This document shows, piece after piece, positions 9,573 to 18,114 of a stretch of DNA of 40,000 nucleotides. Numbering within the stretch: position 1 is the first letter of the stretch; each line of letters starts with the position of its first letter. The position numbers and the translations under genes were made by a program. Source of the DNA: Methylocystis bryophila (lineage in GTDB: Bacteria; Pseudomonadota; Alphaproteobacteria; Rhizobiales; Beijerinckiaceae); contig NZ_AP027149.1 of NCBI RefSeq assembly GCF_027925445.1, positions 3,550,178-3,590,177 on the forward strand, given 5' to 3'. The notes beneath the pieces were generated by a model, which was not told where the DNA came from, did not search any database, and worked only from the letters and a program-made list of their open reading frames with translations.

Positions 9573-9806
9573 ATGCCGCTTTATGCCTATGCCTGCGCCG
9601 ACTGCGCGCATCAATTCGAGACGCTGGTTCGCTCCGACGAAACGCCCGCCTGCCCCTCCTGTGGCAGTGAGAAGCTGGAGCGGCAGTTGTCCCTCATCGC
9701 CAAGCCTGCCCCGGGCGGCGACACGGGCGACAGCGCGCCGGCCTGCGCGGCGATGAATGGTGGGACGCCCTGCGGCGCCTGTCCGGCCTTCAACGACGCG
9801 GCGTGA
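9573..9806 (+). CDS. FmdB-family zinc-ribbon protein
   Basis: Starts MPLYAYACADCAHQFETLVRSDETPACPSCGSEKLERQLS, a CxxC...CxxC ribbon at the N-terminus typical of FmdB/CxxC_CxxC_SSSS. An AGGAAGG SD lies upstream. Confidence 0.8.
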   Translation: MPLYAYACADCAHQFETLVRSDETPACPSCGSEKLERQLSLIAKPAPGGDTGDSAPACAAMNGGTPCGACPAFNDAA

Positions 9807-9910
9807 GACGGCCCCACGCAAGCCCGCCCCGCCCGGAAGGTCTAAGCCGGGCCGGCACGCCCGCACCCGAGTCCATTGGCGCGGGCGCCTTAGGTCATCA
9901 AATCACGAGA

Positions 9911-10768
9911 TCAGAGCTGCGGCGGCGAGTCGGGCTCGACGAGGCTCAACCGCGTGAGATCGGCGACGGGGCGCAGTCGATCGTCAAGGGTGACGGTTTC
10001 GGCATAATGCATCCCATGCAGAATATCGTCCGGACCGTAGATGCGTAGGTCATGGACAACGGCGCCGATAAGGTGGTCGCGCGCCTCGATGCTAAGAACG
10101 AGGCGCACGTCGTCGCCCCTCAAGCGATCGGGGTCATAGCCGGCGAGAGGACTATTCTCGTCGATTTCGTGCATCACCGTCCACGTCATCGAGAACAACG
10201 ACAGGGCGCCGTTCGACAGAACGAGATCATGCAGTTGACGCAGCGGCATCTCCTCTGCGTTCTCCTCCGGCAACACGGCGACCAATCGCGCCACGGCGCT
10301 GGTCAGCAAGGTTGTGCGCCCATTGGCGACTTGCACCATCAAGGTCGGCGCGCCGCGGCGTGTTGTGATGACGGCCCGATCCGCGAAGCATATCTTCGAT
10401 CTCGGCTTGGAAAAGCGGACGAACAACAGGCCGGTCATGATCGCGGCGAAGACCATGCCGCAAAGGATTTCAATCGCTGAGACGGCATGGCCATAGAAGG
10501 TCGCAGGAACCATGGTTCCATAGCCCACAGTCGCGAGAGTCTCGATGCTGAAAAAGAATGCGTCGGAGAAGGATCCCGGCCGCACATGGGCGATGCAGCC
10601 TGGGCTCGCCAGATAGAGAAGAGCGAAGACGGCGTTGATGCCGAAGCCCAATACGAGAAATACGAAAGCGAATTCCTTCGAGCTGAGCCCGACGGCCAAA
10701 TGATAGGGGTCGGTCAGATCGTAGCGGGCGACGCCACGCTTGACGATCTCGAAAGCGCCGACGCGCAT
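9911..10768 (-). CDS. Inward-rectifier-type potassium channel (KirBac family)
   Basis: Contains the FFFSIETLATVGYG selectivity filter, a slide helix, 2 TM helices, and a C-terminal Kir cytoplasmic domain (FVRFSKPRSKICFADRAVI...). ATG 10768 has a GAGG SD; the track ORF starts at a GTG at 10816 with no SD. Confidence 0.9.
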   Translation of the reverse strand: MRVGAFEIVKRGVARYDLTDPYHLAVGLSSKEFAFVFLVLGFGINAVFALLYLASPGCIAHVRPGSFSDAFFFSIETLATVGYGTMVPATFYGHAVSAIEILCGMVFAAIMTGLLFVRFSKPRSKICFADRAVITTRRGAPTLMVQVANGRTTLLTSAVARLVAVLPEENAEEMPLRQLHDLVLSNGALSLFSMTWTVMHEIDENSPLAGYDPDRLRGDDVRLVLSIEARDHLIGAVVHDLRIYGPDDILHGMHYAETVTLDDRLRPVADLTRLSLVEPDSPPQL

Positions 10769-10977
10769 CGTCGCCTCGCGGTTCTTGAGCTTGCTATGTG
10801 GCTCGTTTGATTTCACCGCGGATCCGTGAGTTCGAGCGCCGGCGCCCTCAGAACGAAGGCGCGCAAAACAATTCTCTGCGGAGCGAACCCAGCAAAAATG
10901 GCGCGAGAGTGGTCGCGTCCCAACTCATTGAGACAACGCGATTTTTTGTCGCTCTAGCGGCTTCAGTCGAGGGGAAA

Positions 10978-11090
10978 GCGCTCTCGAGCGCGTCCCGAAT
11001 CAAGCGATCGAAAAGGACTCAGCTCCAGATCAAAACTTTGAGCATATCCTGACCGAAAACGCATTTCGCGCTTTGGAAAGCCGCCTTCGC
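10978..11090 (-). repeat. Intergenic repeat family 2, copy A (minus orientation)
   Basis: The reverse complement contains gcgttttcggtcaggatatgctcaaagttt. This matches gcggttttccggtcaggacatgctcgaagttt at 22483..22514, with further patchy similarity downstream. Confidence 0.6.
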
Positions 11091-11239
11091 GTTCAAGCCC
11101 AGAATAAAAATATAGCGGCGAAGCGAGCTCGCCCGGCAGCCTTCTCGCAAATTATCGATTGCGACTTGCCCATCGACTTACCAAAACGATCGCTAACGTC
11201 GGAGATGCGAGGAATATCGATTCAATACGTCAAAAATAC

Positions 11240-11313
11240 TGGAGCGGGTGAAGGGAATCGAACCCTCGTATTCAGCTTGGGAAGCTGCTGCTCTGCCATT
11301 GAGCTACACCCGC
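11240..11313 (-). tRNA. tRNA-Gly, anticodon CCC
   Basis: Minus-strand 74-nt cloverleaf folded by hand. Acceptor gcgggtg/cacccgc, D stem gctc/gagc, anticodon stem-loop gcagc-ttCCCaa-gctga, T arm gaggg-ttcgatt-ccctt, discriminator + CCA encoded. Confidence 0.95.
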
Positions 11314-11449
11314 GCGAGTGGAGAGATAACAGAGTTTCATGCTCTGGGCCAAGGGGGGTTCGACAGTCGCGCTCAGGGCGGCGCCGTCATTGCCGCCCAC
11401 TCCCCTTTGCGCTAGGAACGCCCGCCCGCCGCTTTCCTAGGAATCGCCT

Positions 11450-12949
11450 ATGTTCCCGAAGCCCGTCGCCGAATTGAAGCCCAACACTTTCGCCTATGAG
11501 ACGACGCCGCTCGTCAAGGCCACCGGCTTTCGCGAATATGACGCGCGCTGGCTCTTCGAGAAAGAGCTGAACCTGATGGGCGTGCAAGCGCTGGGACTCG
11601 GGCTCGGGACGCTGCTGCACGAAATGGGCGCGCCCTTGGAGCTAGCGACGGGCCACGACTATCGTTCCTATTCCGCGTCGATCAAGCTAGCGCTGGTCAC
11701 CGGTCTCATGGCGGCGGGCGTAAAGGTCCAGGATATCGGCCTCGCGCTCTCGCCCATGGCCTATTTCGCGCAGTTCGAGCTTGATTGCGCCGCCGTCGCC
11801 ATGGTCACGGCGTCGCATAACGACAATGGCTGGACCGGCGTCAAAATGGGCGCTCAGCGTCCCGTGACCTTCGGTCCCGTCGAGATGACCCGCCTGAAGG
11901 AGATCGTGCTCTCCGGCAAGTATCGCGAGGCGAGTGGCGGCTCCTATCATTACGTCGAGAATTTCGGCCAGCGCTATCTCGACGATCTCGCCAAGAACGT
12001 GAAGCTCACGCGCAAGCTCAAGGTCGTCGCCGCCTGCGGCAATGGCACGGCCGGCGCCTTCGCGCCGCAACTGCTGGGGCGCGTCGGCTGCGAGGTCGTT
12101 CCGCTCGACGTCGAGCTCGACTACACCTTCCCGCGCTACAATCCCAATCCCGAAGATATGCACATGCTGCATGCGATGGCCGACAAGGTGCGCGAGAGCG
12201 GAGCGGATGTAGGCTTAGGCTTCGATGGCGACGGCGACCGCTGCGGCGTCGTCGACAACAAGGGCGAGGAGATTTTCGCCGACAAGATCGGCGTGATGCT
12301 GGCGCGCGATCTCTCGCGCGTGCACCCCGATGCGCGCTTCGTCGTCGACGTGAAGTCGACGGGGCTCTTTGCAACCGATCCCGAGCTTATCGGACGCGGC
12401 GTCAAGACCGATTATTGGAAGACCGGCCATTCCTACATCAAGCGTCGGGTCAACGAGCTCGGCGCGCTCGCGGGCTTCGAGAAGTCCGGGCATTTCTTCT
12501 TCAATAAGCCGATCGGACGCGGCTATGACGATGGCCTGCTCACGGCGCTGCATGTGCTGGAGATGCTTGATCGCAATCCAACAAAGAGCATGTCCGATCT
12601 CTACGCCGCACTGCCGAAGACTTGGGGCTCGCCGACAATGGCGCCGCATTGCGCCGACGAGATCAAATATACGGTCGTCGATCGCGTGACCGAGCGCTTC
12701 AAGAAGATGCAGGCCGACGGCGTTTCCTTCCTCGGCGGCCCGATCCGCGACCTCGTGACGGTGAATGGCGTGCGCGTGACGGTGGGCGACGGCACCTGGG
12801 GTCTCGTGCGCGCATCCTCAAACAAGCCCGAGCTGGTGGTCGTCGTCGAAAGTCCGGCGTCGGAAGCGCGCATGCGCGAGATGTTCCACGCGGTGGACAA
12901 GGTGCTGCGCGAGAACCCGGAAGTCGGCGCGTATAATCAGACGATTTGA
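11450..12949 (+). CDS. Phosphomannomutase/phosphoglucomutase (alpha-D-phosphohexomutase family)
   Basis: 499 aa. The active-site loop is VTASHNDNGWTGVK, the metal loop is GFDGDGDRCGVVD, and a sugar-binding GFEKSGH motif is present. Confidence 0.9.
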   Translation: MFPKPVAELKPNTFAYETTPLVKATGFREYDARWLFEKELNLMGVQALGLGLGTLLHEMGAPLELATGHDYRSYSASIKLALVTGLMAAGVKVQDIGLALSPMAYFAQFELDCAAVAMVTASHNDNGWTGVKMGAQRPVTFGPVEMTRLKEIVLSGKYREASGGSYHYVENFGQRYLDDLAKNVKLTRKLKVVAACGNGTAGAFAPQLLGRVGCEVVPLDVELDYTFPRYNPNPEDMHMLHAMADKVRESGADVGLGFDGDGDRCGVVDNKGEEIFADKIGVMLARDLSRVHPDARFVVDVKSTGLFATDPELIGRGVKTDYWKTGHSYIKRRVNELGALAGFEKSGHFFFNKPIGRGYDDGLLTALHVLEMLDRNPTKSMSDLYAALPKTWGSPTMAPHCADEIKYTVVDRVTERFKKMQADGVSFLGGPIRDLVTVNGVRVTVGDGTWGLVRASSNKPELVVVVESPASEARMREMFHAVDKVLRENPEVGAYNQTI

Positions 12950-12978
12950 GCGAAGAAACCGTTACTCGCCGGCATTTT

Positions 12979-13004
12979 CCCTCTCCCCGCGAGCGGGGAG
13001 AGGG
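12979..13004. repeat. GC-rich palindromic repeat, copy c
   Basis: ccctctccccgc-ga-gcggggagaggg has perfect 12-nt arms. It lies 30 nt after the PMM/PGM stop. Confidence 0.85.
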
Positions 13005-13103
13005 CTAGGGTGAGGGGCGAGGGGTTTCTCTGCGACTTTTGCTCACAACCTGCGGCGCGCTTTCAGCTCTCTTCCGATATGCGCCCCAGGCCCCTCTCCC
13101 CTT

Positions 13104-13129
13104 CCCTCTCCCCGCAGGCGGGGAGAGGG
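13104..13129. repeat. GC-rich palindromic repeat, copy d
   Basis: ccctctccccgc-ag-gcggggagaggg has perfect 12-nt arms. Intergenic. Confidence 0.85.
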
Positions 13130-13161
13130 GGACGCCCGCTCTTCGTGATGCGAGCCTGAAT

Positions 13162-14283
13162 ATGTCGAGCACCCTGTCCTCCCTTCTCGACCACTTGCGC
13201 GAGTGGCGTGACAGAAAGCTCGCCGATCCGAAATTTCGTGCGAGTCTGCTTGCCAATCCGCTCACGCGCGGCTTTGCGCGCCGCCGCGCCAAGGCGATGC
13301 TCGATCTCTGCGCGGGCTTCGTCTATTCGCAGACGCTTCTCGCCTGCGTAGAGCTGAAGCTCCTCGAGCAGCTTCGCGCCGGACCGCAAACCGCCGATGC
13401 GTTGGCGCCGAAGCTCGGACTCGAACCGAGCGCTGCACGACGTCTTCTGGAGGCGGCGACCTCGCTCAACCTCGCCTCGCGGCGGCGCGATGGACGCTAT
13501 GGCCTCGGCGATTTGGGGGCGGCGCTGATCGGCACGCCCGAGGCGCTGGCGCTGATTGCGCATCAGCCGATCTTTTACGCCGATCTCGCCGACCCGGTCG
13601 CGCTCCTGCGGGGCAAAACGCAAACGCGGCTCTCGCGCTACTGGCCCTACTCCGGCGACGTCGCGCCGCAGGAATTGAACGCCGAATCCGTCGCTCCCTA
13701 TAGCGCGCTCATGGCGGCGTCGAACCCGCTCTGGAGCGAGACGGCTCTCGCTGCTTACGACATCGGCCAGCATCGAAGGCTCCTTGACGTCGGCGGCGGC
13801 GAGGGCGCGTTTTTAGAAGCCGCCGCGGCCCGGGCGCCGGAGCTGGAGCTCATGCTCTTCGATCTCCCCGCGGTCGCGGAGCGCGCCAAAGCGCGGCTGA
13901 CGGCGGCGGGTTTGGCGGAGCGCACGCAGATCTTCTCCGGCGATTTTCTCAAAGACTCGCTGCCGCAAGGCGCCGACGCGATCTCGCTCGTGCGCATCGT
14001 GCATGATCACGACGATGCTTCGGCGATAGCTTTGCTTCGCAACGTGCGCCGCGCGCTGTCCGGCGACGGGACATTGCTGATTGTGGAAGCAATCTCCGAC
14101 GCCAAGGGGGCGGAAGCGCTCTGCGCTTATTACGCCTTTTACACGCTGGCGATGGGACGCGGCGAGCCGAGGCGTTTCAAGGAGATCGCCGCGCTGCTCA
14201 ACGCGGCCGGCTTTGCGGACGCGAGGCTCGTCAAGACGCCGCTTCCGGCGGCGACGAGCCTCATCGTCGCCAAAGCCGGCTGA
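13162..14283 (+). CDS. Class I SAM-dependent O-methyltransferase (family 2, CrtF-like)
   Basis: This is the 3' part of track ORF 13039..14283, whose 5' extension is translated repeat DNA. It contains a winged-helix dimerisation region and the SAM motif RLLDVGGGEGAF ... LFDLP ... GDFL. Confidence 0.8.
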   Translation: MSSTLSSLLDHLREWRDRKLADPKFRASLLANPLTRGFARRRAKAMLDLCAGFVYSQTLLACVELKLLEQLRAGPQTADALAPKLGLEPSAARRLLEAATSLNLASRRRDGRYGLGDLGAALIGTPEALALIAHQPIFYADLADPVALLRGKTQTRLSRYWPYSGDVAPQELNAESVAPYSALMAASNPLWSETALAAYDIGQHRRLLDVGGGEGAFLEAAAARAPELELMLFDLPAVAERAKARLTAAGLAERTQIFSGDFLKDSLPQGADAISLVRIVHDHDDASAIALLRNVRRALSGDGTLLIVEAISDAKGAEALCAYYAFYTLAMGRGEPRRFKEIAALLNAAGFADARLVKTPLPAATSLIVAKAG

Positions 14284-14386
14284 GCCCGAGGCGCCCTATC
14301 CATCGGCGCCGCTCCCGTATAAGAATGCGCCCCAACCGGCCGGAACGCCGGCCAAAACACCCGTTTTTCCTCAAGGAGCCTCTGCG

Positions 14387-15658
14387 TTGACGAAGACCGA
14401 AGCCGCGCCCCTCAAAGACCTCTATGAGATGGGCGAAATCCCGCCGCTCGGGCATGTGCCGAAGTCCATGTACGCCTGGGTGATCCGCAAGGAACGGCAT
14501 GGCCCCCCGGAAGACGCGATGAAGCTCGAGGTCGTGCCGACCTGGGAGCTCGACAGCCACGACGTGCTCGTGCTGGTGATGGCGGCGGGCGTTAATTACA
14601 ACGGCGTCTGGGCGGCGCTTGGCCAGCCGATCTCGACGCTCGACGTCCACAAGCAGGCCTATCACATCGCCGGCTCGGACGCTGCGGGCGTCGTCTGGGC
14701 CGTGGGCTCCAAGGTCAAGCGCTGGAAGGTCGGCGACGAGGTCGTCATCCACTGCAATCAGGACGATGGCGACGACGAGGAGTGCAACGGCGGCGATCCG
14801 ATGTTCTCCGCCTCGCAGCGCATCTGGGGCTATGAGACGCCGGACGGCTCCTTCGCCCAGTTCTGCCGCGTGCAGGACCGCCAGCTGATGGAGCGGCCGA
14901 AGCACCTCACCTGGGAGGAGTCGGCCTGCTACACGCTGACGCTCGCCACCGCCTATCGCATGCTTTTCGGCCATGAGCCGCACCGGCTGAAGCCCTCGGA
15001 CAATGTGCTGATCTGGGGCGCGTCGGGGGGACTGGGCGTCTTTGGCGTGCAGCTCTGCGCCGCGGCCGGCGCGAACGCCATCGGCGTGATCTCGGATGAG
15101 TCAAAGCGCGATTATGTGATGTCGCTCGGCGCCAAGGGCGTCATCAATCGCAAGGATTTCAAGGGTTGCTGGGGGCAATTGCCCAAGGTCAACACGCCCG
15201 AGTTCAACGAGTGGACCAAGAACTCGCGCGCCTTCGGCAAGGCGATCTGGGACATCACCGGCAAGAAGGACGTCGACATCGTCTTCGAGCACCCAGGCGA
15301 GCAGACGTTTCCGCTCTCCTGCCTCGTCGTGAAGCGCGGCGGCATGGTGGTCTTCTGCGCCGGCACGACGGGCTTTAACCTGACCTTCGACGCACGCTAT
15401 GTCTGGATGCGGCAAAAGCGCATTCAAGGCTCGCATTTCGCGCATCTCAAGCAGGCGGCGGCGGCGAATCGTTTCGTGATCGACCGCAGGGTCGATCCTT
15501 GCATGTCGGAAGTCTTCCCCTGGGAGAAGATCCCGCTTGCGCACACAAAAATGTGGAAGAACGAGCACGCGCCCGGCAACATGGCCGTGCTCGTCAACGC
15601 GCCCACGGCGGGGTTGCGCACGATCGAGGATGTGATCGAGGCGGGCAAGCGCAGCTAA
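14387..15658 (+). CDS. ccr: Crotonyl-CoA carboxylase/reductase (ethylmalonyl-CoA pathway)
   Basis: Contains KDLYEMGEIPPLGHVPKSMYAW, AAGVNYNGVWA, HCNQDDGDDEECNGGDPMF, IWGYETPDGSFAQF, IWGASGGLGVFGVQL and RQKRIQGSHFA. I recognise these as Ccr-specific blocks. The start is a TTG at 14387, 8 nt after an AAGGAG SD. The longer track ORF overlaps the methyltransferase. Confidence 0.95.
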   Translation: MTKTEAAPLKDLYEMGEIPPLGHVPKSMYAWVIRKERHGPPEDAMKLEVVPTWELDSHDVLVLVMAAGVNYNGVWAALGQPISTLDVHKQAYHIAGSDAAGVVWAVGSKVKRWKVGDEVVIHCNQDDGDDEECNGGDPMFSASQRIWGYETPDGSFAQFCRVQDRQLMERPKHLTWEESACYTLTLATAYRMLFGHEPHRLKPSDNVLIWGASGGLGVFGVQLCAAAGANAIGVISDESKRDYVMSLGAKGVINRKDFKGCWGQLPKVNTPEFNEWTKNSRAFGKAIWDITGKKDVDIVFEHPGEQTFPLSCLVVKRGGMVVFCAGTTGFNLTFDARYVWMRQKRIQGSHFAHLKQAAAANRFVIDRRVDPCMSEVFPWEKIPLAHTKMWKNEHAPGNMAVLVNAPTAGLRTIEDVIEAGKRS

Positions 15659-15681
15659 GCCGCGAAGCGCCCCCTCCCCAG

Positions 15682-15706
15682 CCCTCCCCCGCTTCGCGGG
15701 AGAGGG
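15682..15706 (+). repeat. GC-rich palindromic repeat, copy e (asymmetric subtype)
   Basis: Sequence is ccctcccccgc-ttc-gcgggagaggg. It is the exact reverse complement of copy f. Confidence 0.85.
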
Positions 15707-15753
15707 AGTCGGATTGTGGGCTTCATCAGCTTTCCGCGTAACCTTCGCCGCTC

Positions 15754-15778
15754 CCCTCTCCCGCGAAGCGGGGGAGGG
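15754..15778 (-). repeat. GC-rich palindromic repeat, copy f (complement subtype)
   Basis: Sequence is ccctctcccgc-gaa-gcgggggaggg. This 25-mer is identical to 28534..28558. Confidence 0.85.
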
Positions 15779-15807
15779 TGAGGGAGGCGGCTACCACCCT
15801 TCTTCTG

Positions 15808-16788
15808 CTATCCCCCGAAGGACGCGTCGAGCAGCTTCTCGTCGATCGCGCCGGCGCGGAAAGTTTCGCCGGTCTCCACTGCCGTGACCACTGCCTCGGC
15901 GGGCGAGAACAGGCTGGGGTCGATTTTGTAGAAGTCGCCCTTATAGGCCTTGAACACTTCGGCGAAGGGCCGGCCGTAGTCGCGCGAGTTGCTGCTCGGC
16001 AGATTCTTGGCGAGCTCGCGGGCGGCGTCCGACGGCCCCTTCACGAAAAGATGTGCGCGGCCTGCGTAGATGATCGCGTCATTGGTGCGGCCCATCGCCT
16101 GCACGAAATCAGGATGCGGCGGCGAGAGGGGCGCCGTGGCGACGCCGTCGATAATGTGCTCGAGCGGGAATTTCAGCTCATGCGCCTTGTGCAAGGCGAC
16201 TTCGAGCACGCGGCCGACAACCTGGACGGAGCCAGCGAGGCTCTGCGTCGGCGCATAGACGAAGGCGACGTCCGATGCTTCGACCTTGGCCGCGTTTGCG
16301 ACCTTGGCGACGATCGCCGCCGGCGGCGGCGTGTCGCCTTCGAGCACGATCGTGACCCGCCTCGCATTATCGGAATAGGGCAATTCCTCGAAGAGCTTCT
16401 CGACTCGAGCCAAGGCGCGTCCAGGTCCAGAGCCGAGCGCGAAGAACTTCTCGTGTTGCAGGCTCCAGCCAGCATATTGGCTGGCGAGGCAGGCGACGAC
16501 CGGATCGTTTGAGGAGACGGTGAGCCAGAACGGCCATTTGGAGGCGCCGGGCGCCGGGATCAGCGCGACGCGGCCGAGACCGCCCATGCAAATTTCCGTG
16601 AGCAGAAGACCGACCTCGATCCCGCCAGCGGCCTTTGCGCCGGCGTCGATCAGGAGTTCGCCGCTTTCGCCACGCGTAACCGAGACGCGATAACGCCCAG
16701 GGTCAGCGGCGATCCTGTCAACAATCTCGCCGGCGAGCAGATTGACGCTCGCAATCACGCGGTTGCTCGTATCCAATGTTCTTGTCAC
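15808..16788 (-). CDS. mch: Methenyltetrahydromethanopterin cyclohydrolase
   Basis: Contains VNLLAGEIVDRIA, LIDAGAKAAGGIEVGLLLTEICMGGLG, ACLASQYAGW and FALGSGPGRALA, which are Mch family blocks. I favour GTG 16788 (AGGA 8 nt upstream, 326 aa). The track ORF starts at ATG 16932 with a non-conserved-looking extension. Confidence 0.9.
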   Translation of the reverse strand: MTRTLDTSNRVIASVNLLAGEIVDRIAADPGRYRVSVTRGESGELLIDAGAKAAGGIEVGLLLTEICMGGLGRVALIPAPGASKWPFWLTVSSNDPVVACLASQYAGWSLQHEKFFALGSGPGRALARVEKLFEELPYSDNARRVTIVLEGDTPPPAAIVAKVANAAKVEASDVAFVYAPTQSLAGSVQVVGRVLEVALHKAHELKFPLEHIIDGVATAPLSPPHPDFVQAMGRTNDAIIYAGRAHLFVKGPSDAARELAKNLPSSNSRDYGRPFAEVFKAYKGDFYKIDPSLFSPAEAVVTAVETGETFRAGAIDEKLLDASFGG

Positions 16789-17151
16789 GATGATGTTCCT
16801 CACCTCGACGCCCTTCTCATTTTGGAGGGCCTCGGGCTGCGACTCTAAATGGGTTCGCCGCCGGACGGAAGCAGTCGCGCGCGCCGAGACGTGAGACGGC
16901 GTGGAAAGCAAGGTTACGCAATTGAAGGGCAAGGCGCTCGCAGGGGATGACGTCCCCGTGTTCAGTCGCCGTAACGAATATGCAAGGACTGTCTCATATT
17001 GGCAAAGGCTTCGAGAGGCCGCCTTGATTTGAGCGGCCGCCTTGTGTCAATGGTTGCTGCGTTATAGCCTGCAACGCGTGTGGGTGGTCAAAGGCTCGCA
17101 AAATAACATGAGCCGGCCGAAGGTCGGCTAGGAAGAGGAAAGGAACAAGGA

Positions 17152-17550
17152 ATGAAATCTTTTTCGATGTTGAGCGTGGCGACGGCCATCGCCTTTGTGG
17201 CGCTGAACGGATCAGCGCTCGCCGCCGGCGACGCCGCCGCGGGCGAGAAGGTCTTCGCCAAATGCAAGGCCTGCCATCAGGTTGGCGAGACGGCGAAGAA
17301 CGCCATCGCGCCCGAGCTCAACGGGCTGGACGGCCGCAAGGCTGGCTCCGTCGAGAGCTATCATTATTCCGACGCGATGAAGGACTCGGGCATCACTTGG
17401 AACGAGGCGAGCTTCCAGGAGTTCATCAAGAACCCGAAGGCGAAGGTTCCCGGCACGAAGATGGTGTTCCAGGGCCTCTCCTCCGACAAGGATGAGGCCG
17501 ATGTTTGGGCCTATCTCTCGCAGTTCGGCGCCGACGGCAAGAAGAAGTAA
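17152..17550 (+). CDS. Class I c-type cytochrome (c2/c550-like), secreted
   Basis: Has a signal peptide ending ALA-AG, the haem motif CKACH, and a distal Met region GTKMVF. Confidence 0.9.
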   Translation: MKSFSMLSVATAIAFVALNGSALAAGDAAAGEKVFAKCKACHQVGETAKNAIAPELNGLDGRKAGSVESYHYSDAMKDSGITWNEASFQEFIKNPKAKVPGTKMVFQGLSSDKDEADVWAYLSQFGADGKKK

Positions 17551-17585
17551 GCCGTCGCTCCGACAAAAAGAACGCATACACAAAA

Positions 17586-17612
17586 GCGGTCTCGTCAGAG
17601 GCCGCTTTTTTT
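17586..17612. terminator. Bidirectional Rho-independent terminator between convergent genes
   Basis: The gcggtctc-gtca-gaggccgc stem is followed by TTTTTTT on the plus strand. On the minus strand the same hairpin is followed by TTTTGTGT. It lies 36 nt after the cytochrome stop and 16 nt after the 17622 gene stop. Confidence 0.7.
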
Positions 17613-17621
17613 GCTGGCGCT

Positions 17622-17990
17622 CTAGCCGCCGGTGCAGTCTCCGGTCTTCGTGAGGAAGGGCTTGCCGGTCTCTGTGTTGATGTATTTTTGCGTGACCTTG
17701 CCAGTCGCGCGGTCGATCTTCCAATCCCAGGCGACGCGCGTGGCGGCGAACATCTGGCGGAAGGAGATCAGGTCCTTCTTGATGACGAGCGAGCGCTTTT
17801 CGAGCGACTGCGCGTCGACGATATTCTCATGGTCCGAGCCCAGCCGCACGCCGCCGTCCTCGATCTCCAATACAAGCTCCTGCTTGGGCATGCCCTCTTG
17901 ACCGAGCGAGCAGGTCAGGGTGACGGGCGCCGCCTCAGCCCTTGTGGAGACGGCTAGGAGCGGAAGAAACACCACCAGGGCGCGACGCAT
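17622..17990 (-). CDS. Small secreted hypothetical protein
   Basis: 122 aa. Signal peptide MRRALVVFLPLLAVSTRAEA-AP, two Cys (near the N- and C-termini), high GC3. I recognise no family. Confidence 0.6.
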   Translation of the reverse strand: MRRALVVFLPLLAVSTRAEAAPVTLTCSLGQEGMPKQELVLEIEDGGVRLGSDHENIVDAQSLEKRSLVIKKDLISFRQMFAATRVAWDWKIDRATGKVTQKYINTETGKPFLTKTGDCTGG

Positions 17991-18114
17991 CGACGATTCC
18001 TTATCTGAAGCTTATCAAGCGCAGCATAGTCGAGCGCCGCAACGGCGCCAATCGCCAGATCACGCTGTGTTCAGGCGGAATGGCCTTTTGCCCGCGAGAG
18101 GCGATAGGGGAAGC

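Noticed and set aside
7122-11313. tRNA-Gly-associated integrative island with att repeats and an integrase
   Set aside because: No integrase or recombinase ORF is present. I could not find a direct repeat of the tRNA 3' segment (…gggaatcgaaccc…) at the far boundary near 7122-7160. Only the compositional argument remains.
11073-11477. 134-aa forward ORF across the tRNA-Gly locus
   Set aside because: It overlaps a well-folded tRNA gene on the opposite strand and AT-richer non-coding DNA. It has no coding-like GC3 bias.
14081-14386. N-terminal 102-codon extension of ccr in the track ORF
   Set aside because: It overlaps the methyltransferase 3' end in another frame and encodes R/S/P-rich filler. 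A TTG with an AAGGAG SD at 14387 gives the N-terminus expected for Ccr (…KDLYEMGEIPPLGH).
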